Of a stretch of DNA of 64,000 nt, positions 41,124 through 48,459 are shown in pieces (the stretch's first letter is position 1; each line of letters starts with the position of its first letter). Both the position numbers and the translations under genes were made by a program. Origin of the DNA: Lachnospiraceae bacterium (GTDB taxonomy: Bacteria > Bacillota > Clostridia > Lachnospirales > Lachnospiraceae); contig JAFQCM010000035.1 in the NCBI GenBank assembly GCA_017399445.1, positions 3,593-67,592 on the forward strand. Reading direction: 5' to 3'. The notes under the pieces are model-generated. The model had not been told where the DNA came from. It saw only the letters and a program-made list of their open reading frames with translations, and did no database searches.

Positions 41124-41396
41124 ATTGTAGCCGGAATAGGTGCAGTATTTTTATTATTGGTTTTTATTTTTTTATCATAGGAAAAACCACATGAAAATGT
41201 ACTGCAGTGACTACCGGACAAATTATTAGCATGTGCAAGAATGCTTATGGGTACAATAATGGTGGAAATGGAAATATTGGTGTGGGTATCCCTAATTCGT
41301 TAAAGTATTTTAAGTATTATAGGAAAAATATCTCTTGGAATTGGTGCAGGTATGGCGATTCTTGGAGTGATTTTAATATTAGCAGCAACTTTTTAA
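41124..41396 (+). pseudogene. Possible decayed small membrane-protein gene (one frame, three in-frame stops, no canonical start)
   Basis: Single frame reads IVAGIGAVFLLLVFIFLS*EKPHENVLQ*LPDKLLACARMLMGTIMVEMEILVWVSLIR*SILSIIGKISLGIGAGMAILGVILILAATF*. GAAGGAGG lies just upstream. The final TAA overlaps the SD of the next gene. Confidence 0.25.
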
Positions 41397-41409
41397 GGGA
41401 GGAAGATAT

Positions 41410-42216
41410 ATGGCATGGTGTCCAAAATGTAAAAGTGAATATAAAGATGGAATTTTAGTATGTAGTGACTGTGGTGTTACTTTAGTAGAAGAACTAAAAG
41501 AAACAGACGATAATAAGGTAATTATGATTGCATCCAAGGAAGAAGCAGAAAATTATTATGAGCTGCTGAAAAAATTCGAAATAGAGCGGGCAGAACTGAT
41601 TTATAATGAGGAATCGGAGTTATATCATGTGTCTGTACCGGAAAGCCAGGTAGAAAAAGCAAAAAAGCTGGCAATCATTCAGAAAGTAAATCTGAAAGAA
41701 GAGGAAACGGAAGAAAAAGAAGAAGTACAGGAAGAACGAAAAACACATGTATATGTACATCATTCAGAACGTCATCAGGAATTGTTATCCTCTGCCTATT
41801 CCCTGCTCATTGTAGGTATTACTGGATTAATTTTTGTATTATTGGTGGTACTTCAGGTGATTCATTTACCATTTCCGGAAATGACTACCAAATTAATGGA
41901 AATTACTCTTGGTGCACTTTGTGTTATTTTTGTTGGTGTTGGAATTAATTGTTTGAAAAATGCCCGTTCCATAGCAAAGTTGGCACAGGAAGAAGATAAG
42001 CTGACCAGTGAAATTACCCAGTGGTTTAAGAAAAGCTTTGATACCTTTGTAATTGATACAGATATTGAGGAAGATTTAGAAGAAGAAATAAAGTATTTTA
42101 AACGCTGTGAGGCGATGAAACAGATTATTAAACAATCCTATGGTGAGCTGGATGAGGGCTATTTAGACCGTTTGATAGATGAGTTATATCAATATTTGTA
42201 TGAGGATATTGATTAG
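41410..42216 (+). CDS. Hypothetical membrane protein with N-terminal zinc ribbon (CPKC..N10..CSDC) and two TM helices
   Basis: 268-aa ORF with GGGAGG 7 nt upstream of the ATG; hydrophobic segments at about aa 130-180. Confidence 0.6.
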   Translation: MAWCPKCKSEYKDGILVCSDCGVTLVEELKETDDNKVIMIASKEEAENYYELLKKFEIERAELIYNEESELYHVSVPESQVEKAKKLAIIQKVNLKEEETEEKEEVQEERKTHVYVHHSERHQELLSSAYSLLIVGITGLIFVLLVVLQVIHLPFPEMTTKLMEITLGALCVIFVGVGINCLKNARSIAKLAQEEDKLTSEITQWFKKSFDTFVIDTDIEEDLEEEIKYFKRCEAMKQIIKQSYGELDEGYLDRLIDELYQYLYEDID

Positions 42217-42272
42217 AAAATGTATTTGGTACCAAGATACCAAAAAATGTTGAAAAAATTCAAATTTGCTAT

Positions 42273-42298
42273 TAAATACTGGAATGAACTACCGATAT
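42273..42298 (+). promoter_or_regulatory. Candidate sigma-D/FliA (sigma-28) type promoter
   Basis: TAAA (42273-42276), 15 nt, CCGATAT (42292-42298). This matches TAAA-N15-(G)CCGATAT, with A in place of the G. Confidence 0.4.
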
Positions 42299-42386
42299 AT
42301 ATATTAGGACGGTACTAAGGTACCAAAAACGAACGGAAGGTAACAGAATAAATTGATAGGATGCGGTAAAAATAAGCACGAGGGAG

Positions 42387-42653
42387 GTGGACATTCCAGT
42401 AAGCAAAGTACAGGCGCTTTATAAAGTAAATCCAATCGAAAGAGTAGAACGCAGTAGCAGAGCCAGTTCAGAACGTCAGGCACCTAGCGAAGAACGAAAA
42501 GAAAACGCACAGTTTCATCAGTGTTTGTTAGATTATTATAACAGTAAGGCAGTGGAATTTCAGAATCCTGGACCTCAGAAAACAAATACTTATGGAAAAA
42601 GTGCAACAGAATTATTTTATGAGGCAGGAAATACCGTAAACTTTTTCGGTTGA
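42387..42653 (+). CDS. Hypothetical 88-codon ORF of uncertain reality (no usable start context)
   Basis: Open frame bracketed by the sigma-D-like promoter and a terminator. Its only start candidate, GTG, abuts AGGGAG with zero spacing, and there is no internal Met. Confidence 0.3.
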   Translation: MDIPVSKVQALYKVNPIERVERSSRASSERQAPSEERKENAQFHQCLLDYYNSKAVEFQNPGPQKTNTYGKSATELFYEAGNTVNFFG

Positions 42654-42689
42654 CAGGAAAGAAAGTTATGATAGGGATTAGAACGGAGA

Positions 42690-42743
42690 AATAAGCAGTA
42701 CCAGAGAAGCAAGAAATGGTACTGCTTATTTTAATACTTTTTT
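42690..42743 (+). terminator. Rho-independent terminator
   Basis: AATAAGCAGTACC ... GGTACTGCTTATT (13-bp stem) followed by a T-rich tract. Confidence 0.75.
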
Positions 42744-42770
42744 CTGCTAAGTGCATAACTTAACCAGATA

Positions 42771-42779
42771 TGGTATAAT
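42771..42779 (+). promoter_or_regulatory. Extended -10 promoter element for pdp
   Basis: TGgTATAAT; no good -35. Confidence 0.5.
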
Positions 42780-42821
42780 ACAGATATTACGAGACAATTT
42801 ATATAATTTTATTAGGGGGTT

Positions 42822-44135
42822 ATGGCTATGAGAATGTATGATTTAATTATGAAAAAGAGAAATGGTGGAATATTAAAAAAAGAGGAAATAGAATATATGG
42901 TGATAGGATTTACCAATGGGGATATTCCCGATTACCAGATGGCAGCTATGATGATGGCAATTTATTTTCAGGGAATGAATGAGGAAGAAACTCTTGACTT
43001 GACTATGGCAATGGCTTATAGTGGGGAGATTTTAGATTTATCCAAAATCAAGGGGGTAAAATGTGATAAGCACAGTACTGGAGGTGTAGGTGACAAAGTG
43101 TCTCTTGTTTTGGGACCCATGGCAGCAGCAGCAGGAATTCCTGTAGCGAAAATGTCAGGAAGAGGCTTGGGACATACAGGTGGTACCATTGACAAGTTAG
43201 AATCCATTACTGGATTTCATACCTCTATGGAAGAAGAAGCCTTTATTCATCAAGTTAATGAAATTGGAATTGCACTGGTAGGTCAGACGGCACACTTGGC
43301 ACCAGCAGATAAAAAAATATATGCATTACGAGATGTAACAGCAACAGTAGATAACATGTCCTTAATTGCAGGAAGTATTATGAGTAAAAAGCTGGCGGCA
43401 GGGGCAGATACTATTGTGCTAGACGTAAAGTGCGGAAATGGTGCTTTTATGAAAACAGAAGAGGACGCAAAAATGTTGGCAGAAACCATGGTAAAAATAG
43501 GAAATGGTGCAGGAAGAAAAACCATTGCCATTATTTCTGATATGAATGAACCTTTAGGCTATGCAGTAGGAAATGCTTTAGAAGTTGCAGAAGCAGTAGA
43601 AGTTTTAAAGGGAAATGGAGAAAAGAGATTAGTGGAGCTTTGTATTATTTTGGGAGCTTATATGTTGTTTGGAACCGGACTAGCAGATAGTGTGGAAAAG
43701 GGAAAAGAGAAGATGGAATCAGTGCTTGCAGATGGCAGTGCTTATAAAAAGTTTTTAAGTTTTATAAAAGCACAGGGTGGTGATTTGGAAGAAATAGAGA
43801 ATACAGATAGGTTATTAAAAGCAGAATATAGGGAAGAAATTTATGCTCCGGTCAGCGGTTATATTGCAGGAATAGAAGCAGAAGAAATTGGAATTTCTGC
43901 ATTGATGTTAGGAGCAGGTAGGGAAACCAAGGAAAGTAAAATAGATTACACTGCAGGTTTTTGGCTTAATAAGAAAACCGGTGATAAAGTTGAAAAAGGC
44001 GAATGCTTAGGAATTATGTATGCAAATCAGAAAGAAAAAATGGAACCAGCAAAGAAACGATTTTTAAATGCCTTTATTTTTTCAAAAGAAGCAGTTCCCA
44101 AACAAAGCTTAATTAAGGCGGTGATTGGAGATTAA
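42822..44135 (+). CDS. pdp: Pyrimidine-nucleoside phosphorylase
   Basis: 437 aa. Motifs DKHSTGGVGD and SGRGLGHTGGTIDKLE. Start may be ATG 42828, which has better spacing from GGGGG. Confidence 0.93.
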   Translation: MAMRMYDLIMKKRNGGILKKEEIEYMVIGFTNGDIPDYQMAAMMMAIYFQGMNEEETLDLTMAMAYSGEILDLSKIKGVKCDKHSTGGVGDKVSLVLGPMAAAAGIPVAKMSGRGLGHTGGTIDKLESITGFHTSMEEEAFIHQVNEIGIALVGQTAHLAPADKKIYALRDVTATVDNMSLIAGSIMSKKLAAGADTIVLDVKCGNGAFMKTEEDAKMLAETMVKIGNGAGRKTIAIISDMNEPLGYAVGNALEVAEAVEVLKGNGEKRLVELCIILGAYMLFGTGLADSVEKGKEKMESVLADGSAYKKFLSFIKAQGGDLEEIENTDRLLKAEYREEIYAPVSGYIAGIEAEEIGISALMLGAGRETKESKIDYTAGFWLNKKTGDKVEKGECLGIMYANQKEKMEPAKKRFLNAFIFSKEAVPKQSLIKAVIGD

Positions 44136-44137
44136 AG

Positions 44138-44404
44138 TCAAGAATAACGAATGCACTGAATACATCCGGTAATTTTCATTTCGTCGTTAGTATAGTAACT
44201 GATAACTAAATTTTTTCCAGAAATAGTAAGGTAACAGTTTTTTGTCTGTAATTTGATTTTTTCGTCAGAGTATTCCAAAATACCTTTATAATTTTCCACA
44301 TAAACTTCCTGGTTACCGGTGGCAGTTACAATGACAGATCCAAACATCAGATCTTTGGGAAGATGAAAAGATTCAGTAAGCTCAGCTTTTAGTTTGTTTT
44401 TCAT
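44138..44404 (-). CDS. yqfC: YabP/YqfC family sporulation protein
   Basis: 88 aa. LPKDLMFG...I...G..EVYVENYKGILEYSDEKIKL......ISGKNL.I......EM.ITG.I..I.Y fits the YqfC pattern. GGAGG 6 nt (AATTTT) upstream of the ATG. Confidence 0.8.
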   Translation of the reverse strand: MKNKLKAELTESFHLPKDLMFGSVIVTATGNQEVYVENYKGILEYSDEKIKLQTKNCYLTISGKNLVISYYTNDEMKITGCIQCIRYS

Positions 44405-44443
44405 AAAATTCCTCCAAAATATTGAAAGGATTTGGTTAATTTA

Positions 44444-44477
44444 CTATATGCATGAAATAGCCATTTCATGCATATAG
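44444..44477. promoter_or_regulatory. Perfect palindrome, 15-bp arms and 4-nt spacer, in the yqfC/yqfD divergent region
   Basis: CTATATGCATGAAAT-agcc-ATTTCATGCATATAG; arms 44444-44458 and 44463-44477 are exact reverse complements. Confidence 0.5.
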
Positions 44478-44496
44478 TGTTTTAGAAAGCCGAAGT

Positions 44497-45765
44497 ATGG
44501 AGGTAACTCTTTTGATTCCATTTTTTAACTATATAAAAGGGTATGTGCGTATACGGCTTAAGGGAGGCTCACCGGAACGATTTTTAAATCTATGCAGTAA
44601 CAACAATATTTTAATCTGGCAGGTTGTGAGAATAGAAGACGAATACGAAATGTATCTGAGCCTGCAGGCTTTTAGAGAATTAAAATCGATTATTCGAAAA
44701 ACAAATGTAAGGATAAAAGTAGTGGAAAGAAAGGGACTTCCATTCTTTTTATACCGGTACCGTAAAAGAAAAATGTTTTTTGCAGGAATTGTCATTTGTG
44801 CTGTGTTTGTCTATATTTTGTCTTTATTTGTGTGGCAGATAGAAATTAATGGAAATTATGCCAGAACTACAGATGTATTATTAAGATTTTTAGAAGCCAA
44901 CAATGTTTCCCATGGAATGAGAAAATCAGAAGTGAATTGTGAAGAAATTGAAACTATGTTAAGGGCAGAATATAATGACATTATCTGGACTTCGGTAAAG
45001 CTTAAAGGAACAAGACTGATTATAGATGTACAGGAAAACACTGATACCTCCATTGAAAATATTAGCGCAGAAGAGGCCAGTGATTTATATGCCCAAAAAG
45101 AAGCTATTATTACGGAAATCGTTACTAGAAATGGCAGTCCTTATGTGGCAAAAGGTGATGTGGTAAAAGCAGGAGATTTGCTGGTTGGTGGGGCACTTCC
45201 TATTACCAATGACTCAGATGAAATTATTAATTATCAATATGTGGCAGCAGATGCAGATATCTATGGAAAGACTATTTATGAGTATGAAGATAGTTTTGAT
45301 TTAAAGTATAAAAAGCATGAAGATACAGGAAATGTGCAAAAGGGACTATATCTGAAAATCCATGAAAAATCTATTTTTTTAGGTAAAAAGAAAATAAAAT
45401 TTGAACATTATCATACACTATCTGATATCAGGCAATTGAAATTTGGCGAGAATTTTTATCTTCCATTTTCTATTGGAACTGTGAAAGTATTTGAAGAAAA
45501 GGTACAGAATAGTAAGTACACCAAAAAAGAGGCAGAATTACTGGCAAAGAAACGTCTTTTGAAATTTCTTGAAACTTTAAAAGAAAAAGGGGTTCAAATT
45601 CAAGAAAATAATGTTACAATAGACGTAGATCAAAATCAATGTAAGGTCAGTGGAACTATAACTGTAATTGAGAAGCTAGGGATTCGGAAAAAAGCTTCTA
45701 TTATACAGCTAGATGTGGATGGAAAGGAAAATGAAATAGATGGAGAAACAGGAGACAATTATTAA
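44497..45765 (+). CDS. yqfD: Sporulation protein YqfD (stage IV)
   Basis: N-terminus ...GYVRIRLKGGSPERFLNLC...I.IWQV, a central TM, and C-terminal GDLLVGG. An alternative TTG start at 44512 lies 8 nt after GGAGG. Confidence 0.85.
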   Translation: MEVTLLIPFFNYIKGYVRIRLKGGSPERFLNLCSNNNILIWQVVRIEDEYEMYLSLQAFRELKSIIRKTNVRIKVVERKGLPFFLYRYRKRKMFFAGIVICAVFVYILSLFVWQIEINGNYARTTDVLLRFLEANNVSHGMRKSEVNCEEIETMLRAEYNDIIWTSVKLKGTRLIIDVQENTDTSIENISAEEASDLYAQKEAIITEIVTRNGSPYVAKGDVVKAGDLLVGGALPITNDSDEIINYQYVAADADIYGKTIYEYEDSFDLKYKKHEDTGNVQKGLYLKIHEKSIFLGKKKIKFEHYHTLSDIRQLKFGENFYLPFSIGTVKVFEEKVQNSKYTKKEAELLAKKRLLKFLETLKEKGVQIQENNVTIDVDQNQCKVSGTITVIEKLGIRKKASIIQLDVDGKENEIDGETGDNY

Positions 45766-46732
45766 TATACCTATGGAACATATGAAAAACGTGTTTGGAC
45801 AGTTTGATAATTATATCAAAAAAATTGAAAGAACATTGAATGTTTCTATTGTTGCCAGAGGGGAAGGCATTCATGTAATGGGAGAAGAAAAAGCAGTAGA
45901 AAAGGCGAAGAATATATTTGACAATTTAATTGCCCTTTCTTTACGGGGCAATACCATTACAGAGCAAAATGTAGATTATATTTTATCCCTATCTTTCGAA
46001 GAAAAGGAAAATAAAGTTCTTGAAATTGATAAAGACTTAATTTGTCATACCATTCAAGGAAAGCCAATTAAACCAAAAACTTTGGGACAGAAGCAATATG
46101 TAGATGCTATTCGAGAGAAAATGATCGTATTTGGAATAGGACCTGCAGGTACCGGTAAAACATATCTTGCAATGGCAATGGCAATTCAGGCTTTCAAAAA
46201 TGATGAAGTAAGTCGTATTATTCTTACCAGACCGGCAATTGAAGCAGGAGAAAAACTGGGATTTTTACCGGGAGACCTGCAAAGCAAAGTAGACCCATAT
46301 CTAAGACCATTGTATGATGCACTATATCAGATTATGGGAGCAGACAGCTTTATGAAAAATATGGAAAAGGGATTAATTGAAGTAGCACCTCTTGCTTATA
46401 TGAGAGGACGTACACTGGATAATGCTTTTATTATTTTAGATGAAGCTCAGAATACAACTCCGGCTCAAATGAAGATGTTTCTAACACGAATTGGATTTGG
46501 ATCAAAAGTAGTAATTACCGGAGATGCTACACAGAAAGACCTGCCTTCCAATCAAAAGTCAGGGTTGGAAGTAGCAGAACGCGTGTTGAGAAAAATTGAT
46601 GATATTGCTTTTTGTACTCTTACCAGTAAGGACGTAGTGAGACATCCATTGGTGCAGAAGATTGTAAAAGCTTATGAGGATTACGAAGTGAAAAAACAGG
46701 CAAAATCAAAAACAAGGGGACTTACAAAATGA
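45740..46732 (+). CDS. phoH: PhoH family ATPase
   Basis: Walker A GPAGTGKTYLA, plus ILDEAQN and ITGD.TQ.DLP. Confidence 0.93.
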   Translation: MEKQETIINIPMEHMKNVFGQFDNYIKKIERTLNVSIVARGEGIHVMGEEKAVEKAKNIFDNLIALSLRGNTITEQNVDYILSLSFEEKENKVLEIDKDLICHTIQGKPIKPKTLGQKQYVDAIREKMIVFGIGPAGTGKTYLAMAMAIQAFKNDEVSRIILTRPAIEAGEKLGFLPGDLQSKVDPYLRPLYDALYQIMGADSFMKNMEKGLIEVAPLAYMRGRTLDNAFIILDEAQNTTPAQMKMFLTRIGFGSKVVITGDATQKDLPSNQKSGLEVAERVLRKIDDIAFCTLTSKDVVRHPLVQKIVKAYEDYEVKKQAKSKTRGLTK

Positions 46733-47907
46733 TAAGAAAAATCAAAAAAAATACCATGGTGATGGTTTTTCTTATGTATATAGAAACATTTATCTGTGCA
46801 GGGCTTGTGGCTTTTGGTGTTCAAGATATGAGTTTGCAAAAAACTATAGCCATTATGGCACTTTCTTTTGTGCTGTGTACGGCATTTATAGTTGCTCTGG
46901 CAGCGGAAACTTTTTCCAGAGAAAAGTATAATATGTTTTCTTTTTGGGAAGTGACTATTACTTATGGCATTGGGTTACTGATAGGGGCAGCTATGCTTTA
47001 TGAACCGGATTACTGCGACACTGTGTTAATACTTCCAGTAATGATGAGTATTATAGCCGGTATTGGACCGGCAGTTGCAGGTCATGCTGTGGTTTTAAGT
47101 CTTGTATTTTTATGGGGCGGAATTAACATGGAAATATTAGTGTTCTATTTAATTGCAGGAATTGCCGCCGGATATCTAAGCAAGTGTTTCTTAAAGAAAA
47201 GCCAGATGTTATCGGGATTTATTACTGTATTTAGCACCTATGTGCTTACTATGTGTGTGTATGTGTTCTTTAAAACAGAACGTATCAATTTACTTGTGTT
47301 GGTAAATATATTAATAGGAGCATTGGTAAATGTTTTATCTTTAATAGTAGTTCTTCCGTATCTTTATAACTCCAGAAATAAAGAAATGCATGATTTACAA
47401 AAAATGCTAACTCCAGAATATGAATTGATGGATGTTATGATAAAGAACAAAAAGAAGGTATTTGCTCATGCAGTACATTCTTCAGAACTAGCAGAAAAAG
47501 CAGCAGAGGAAATTGGAGCAGATGTACTTTTGACAAAATGCGGGGTATACTATTATAATTATGCAAGAACACTTGGTAAAGAGTATCAGGATGCTTTTAT
47601 AGAAACTGCCTATTGGCATAAGATACCCAAAAGACTTACAGATATTGTGTTGTCCTTAGGAAATGAATCGGATAAAGTAATTAGCAAAGAAGCAACAGTG
47701 GTATTGGTCACAGAAACCCTGGTATTGGCAAAAGAATCTAAATTTGCAGGAGAAGCAGCAGATAGTAAGTATTTAGATGCAGTGATTACCCAGCGTTTTA
47801 ATAAAGGATTGTTAGAACTTTCCGAGATTTCAGTGAAAGATTACATGAGTTTGAAAAAGTACATAATAGAACAGTTATGCAGTGAAAGAAAGGAAGAAAT
47901 AGCATGA
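46729..47907 (+). CDS. 7TM PgpH/YqfF-like membrane protein with a degenerate (probably inactive) HD domain and no extracellular N-domain
   Basis: Conserved position phoH-X-ybeY. Multi-TM N-terminal half, C-terminal HD-fold similarity (AEKAAEEIGADVLL, LLELSEISVKDY). YYHDIGK is replaced by YYYNYAR (nt 47554-47559 encode Y-N). Confidence 0.7.
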   Translation: MIRKIKKNTMVMVFLMYIETFICAGLVAFGVQDMSLQKTIAIMALSFVLCTAFIVALAAETFSREKYNMFSFWEVTITYGIGLLIGAAMLYEPDYCDTVLILPVMMSIIAGIGPAVAGHAVVLSLVFLWGGINMEILVFYLIAGIAAGYLSKCFLKKSQMLSGFITVFSTYVLTMCVYVFFKTERINLLVLVNILIGALVNVLSLIVVLPYLYNSRNKEMHDLQKMLTPEYELMDVMIKNKKKVFAHAVHSSELAEKAAEEIGADVLLTKCGVYYYNYARTLGKEYQDAFIETAYWHKIPKRLTDIVLSLGNESDKVISKEATVVLVTETLVLAKESKFAGEAADSKYLDAVITQRFNKGLLELSEISVKDYMSLKKYIIEQLCSERKEEIA

Positions 47908-48401
47908 CAATTTGTCTGGAACAGGAATACCAGTTAGATTTAGGAATAAACTATAAAGAGATGGCAGATAAAGTCGTTGAAGCAGCGTTAGATTATGAGA
48001 AGTGTCCCTATGAGTGTGAGGTAAATATAATATTAACAGATAACCCTGGCATTCATGAGATTAATAAGGAATCAAGGAAAATCGACCGTCCTACAGATGT
48101 GCTATCTTTTCCAATGGTAGAATATGAAACCCCTTCTGATTTTGAAACCATAGAAGAAGAACAGCCGGAATGTTTTCATCCGGAAACAGGGGAGCTGATG
48201 TTGGGAGATATTATTATTTCCTTAGATAAAGTAAAAGAACAGGCGGAAAGCTATGGTCATTCACTGGAAAGGGAGTATGCTTTTCTTTTGGCTCATAGTA
48301 TGTTACATTTGATGGGTTATGACCATATGGAAAAAGAAGAAGAAAAGGTAATGTTTCAAAAGCAGGAAGAAATTCTTGAAAGTTTGAATATTACTCGTTA
48401 A
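47904..48401 (+). CDS. ybeY: rRNA maturation endoribonuclease YbeY
   Basis: Zinc motif HSMLHLMGYDH; 165 aa; ATGA overlap with the upstream gene. Confidence 0.95.
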   Translation: MTICLEQEYQLDLGINYKEMADKVVEAALDYEKCPYECEVNIILTDNPGIHEINKESRKIDRPTDVLSFPMVEYETPSDFETIEEEQPECFHPETGELMLGDIIISLDKVKEQAESYGHSLEREYAFLLAHSMLHLMGYDHMEKEEEKVMFQKQEEILESLNITR

Positions 48402-48459
48402 AACATAAAAGTACATTGAAATGATTTTTAGAGTTTAGAAAAAATCAGGAGGATAAAGT

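Noticed and set aside
41207-41458. Track ORF of 83 aa (GTG start) as a real gene
   Set aside because: It has no SD and an N/G/Y-rich low-complexity product. It overlaps the well-supported start of the 41410 gene. The neighbouring frame with TM-like ends looks more like the remnant of the original coding frame.
42387-42653. The small ORF as anti-sigma factor FlgM
   Set aside because: It is tempting because of the sigma-D-like promoter, the ~88-aa size and a V..(L)Y N-terminal resemblance. The C-terminal half lacks the FlgM sigma-28-binding pattern (..I..G.Y.V....IA..L) as I recall it.
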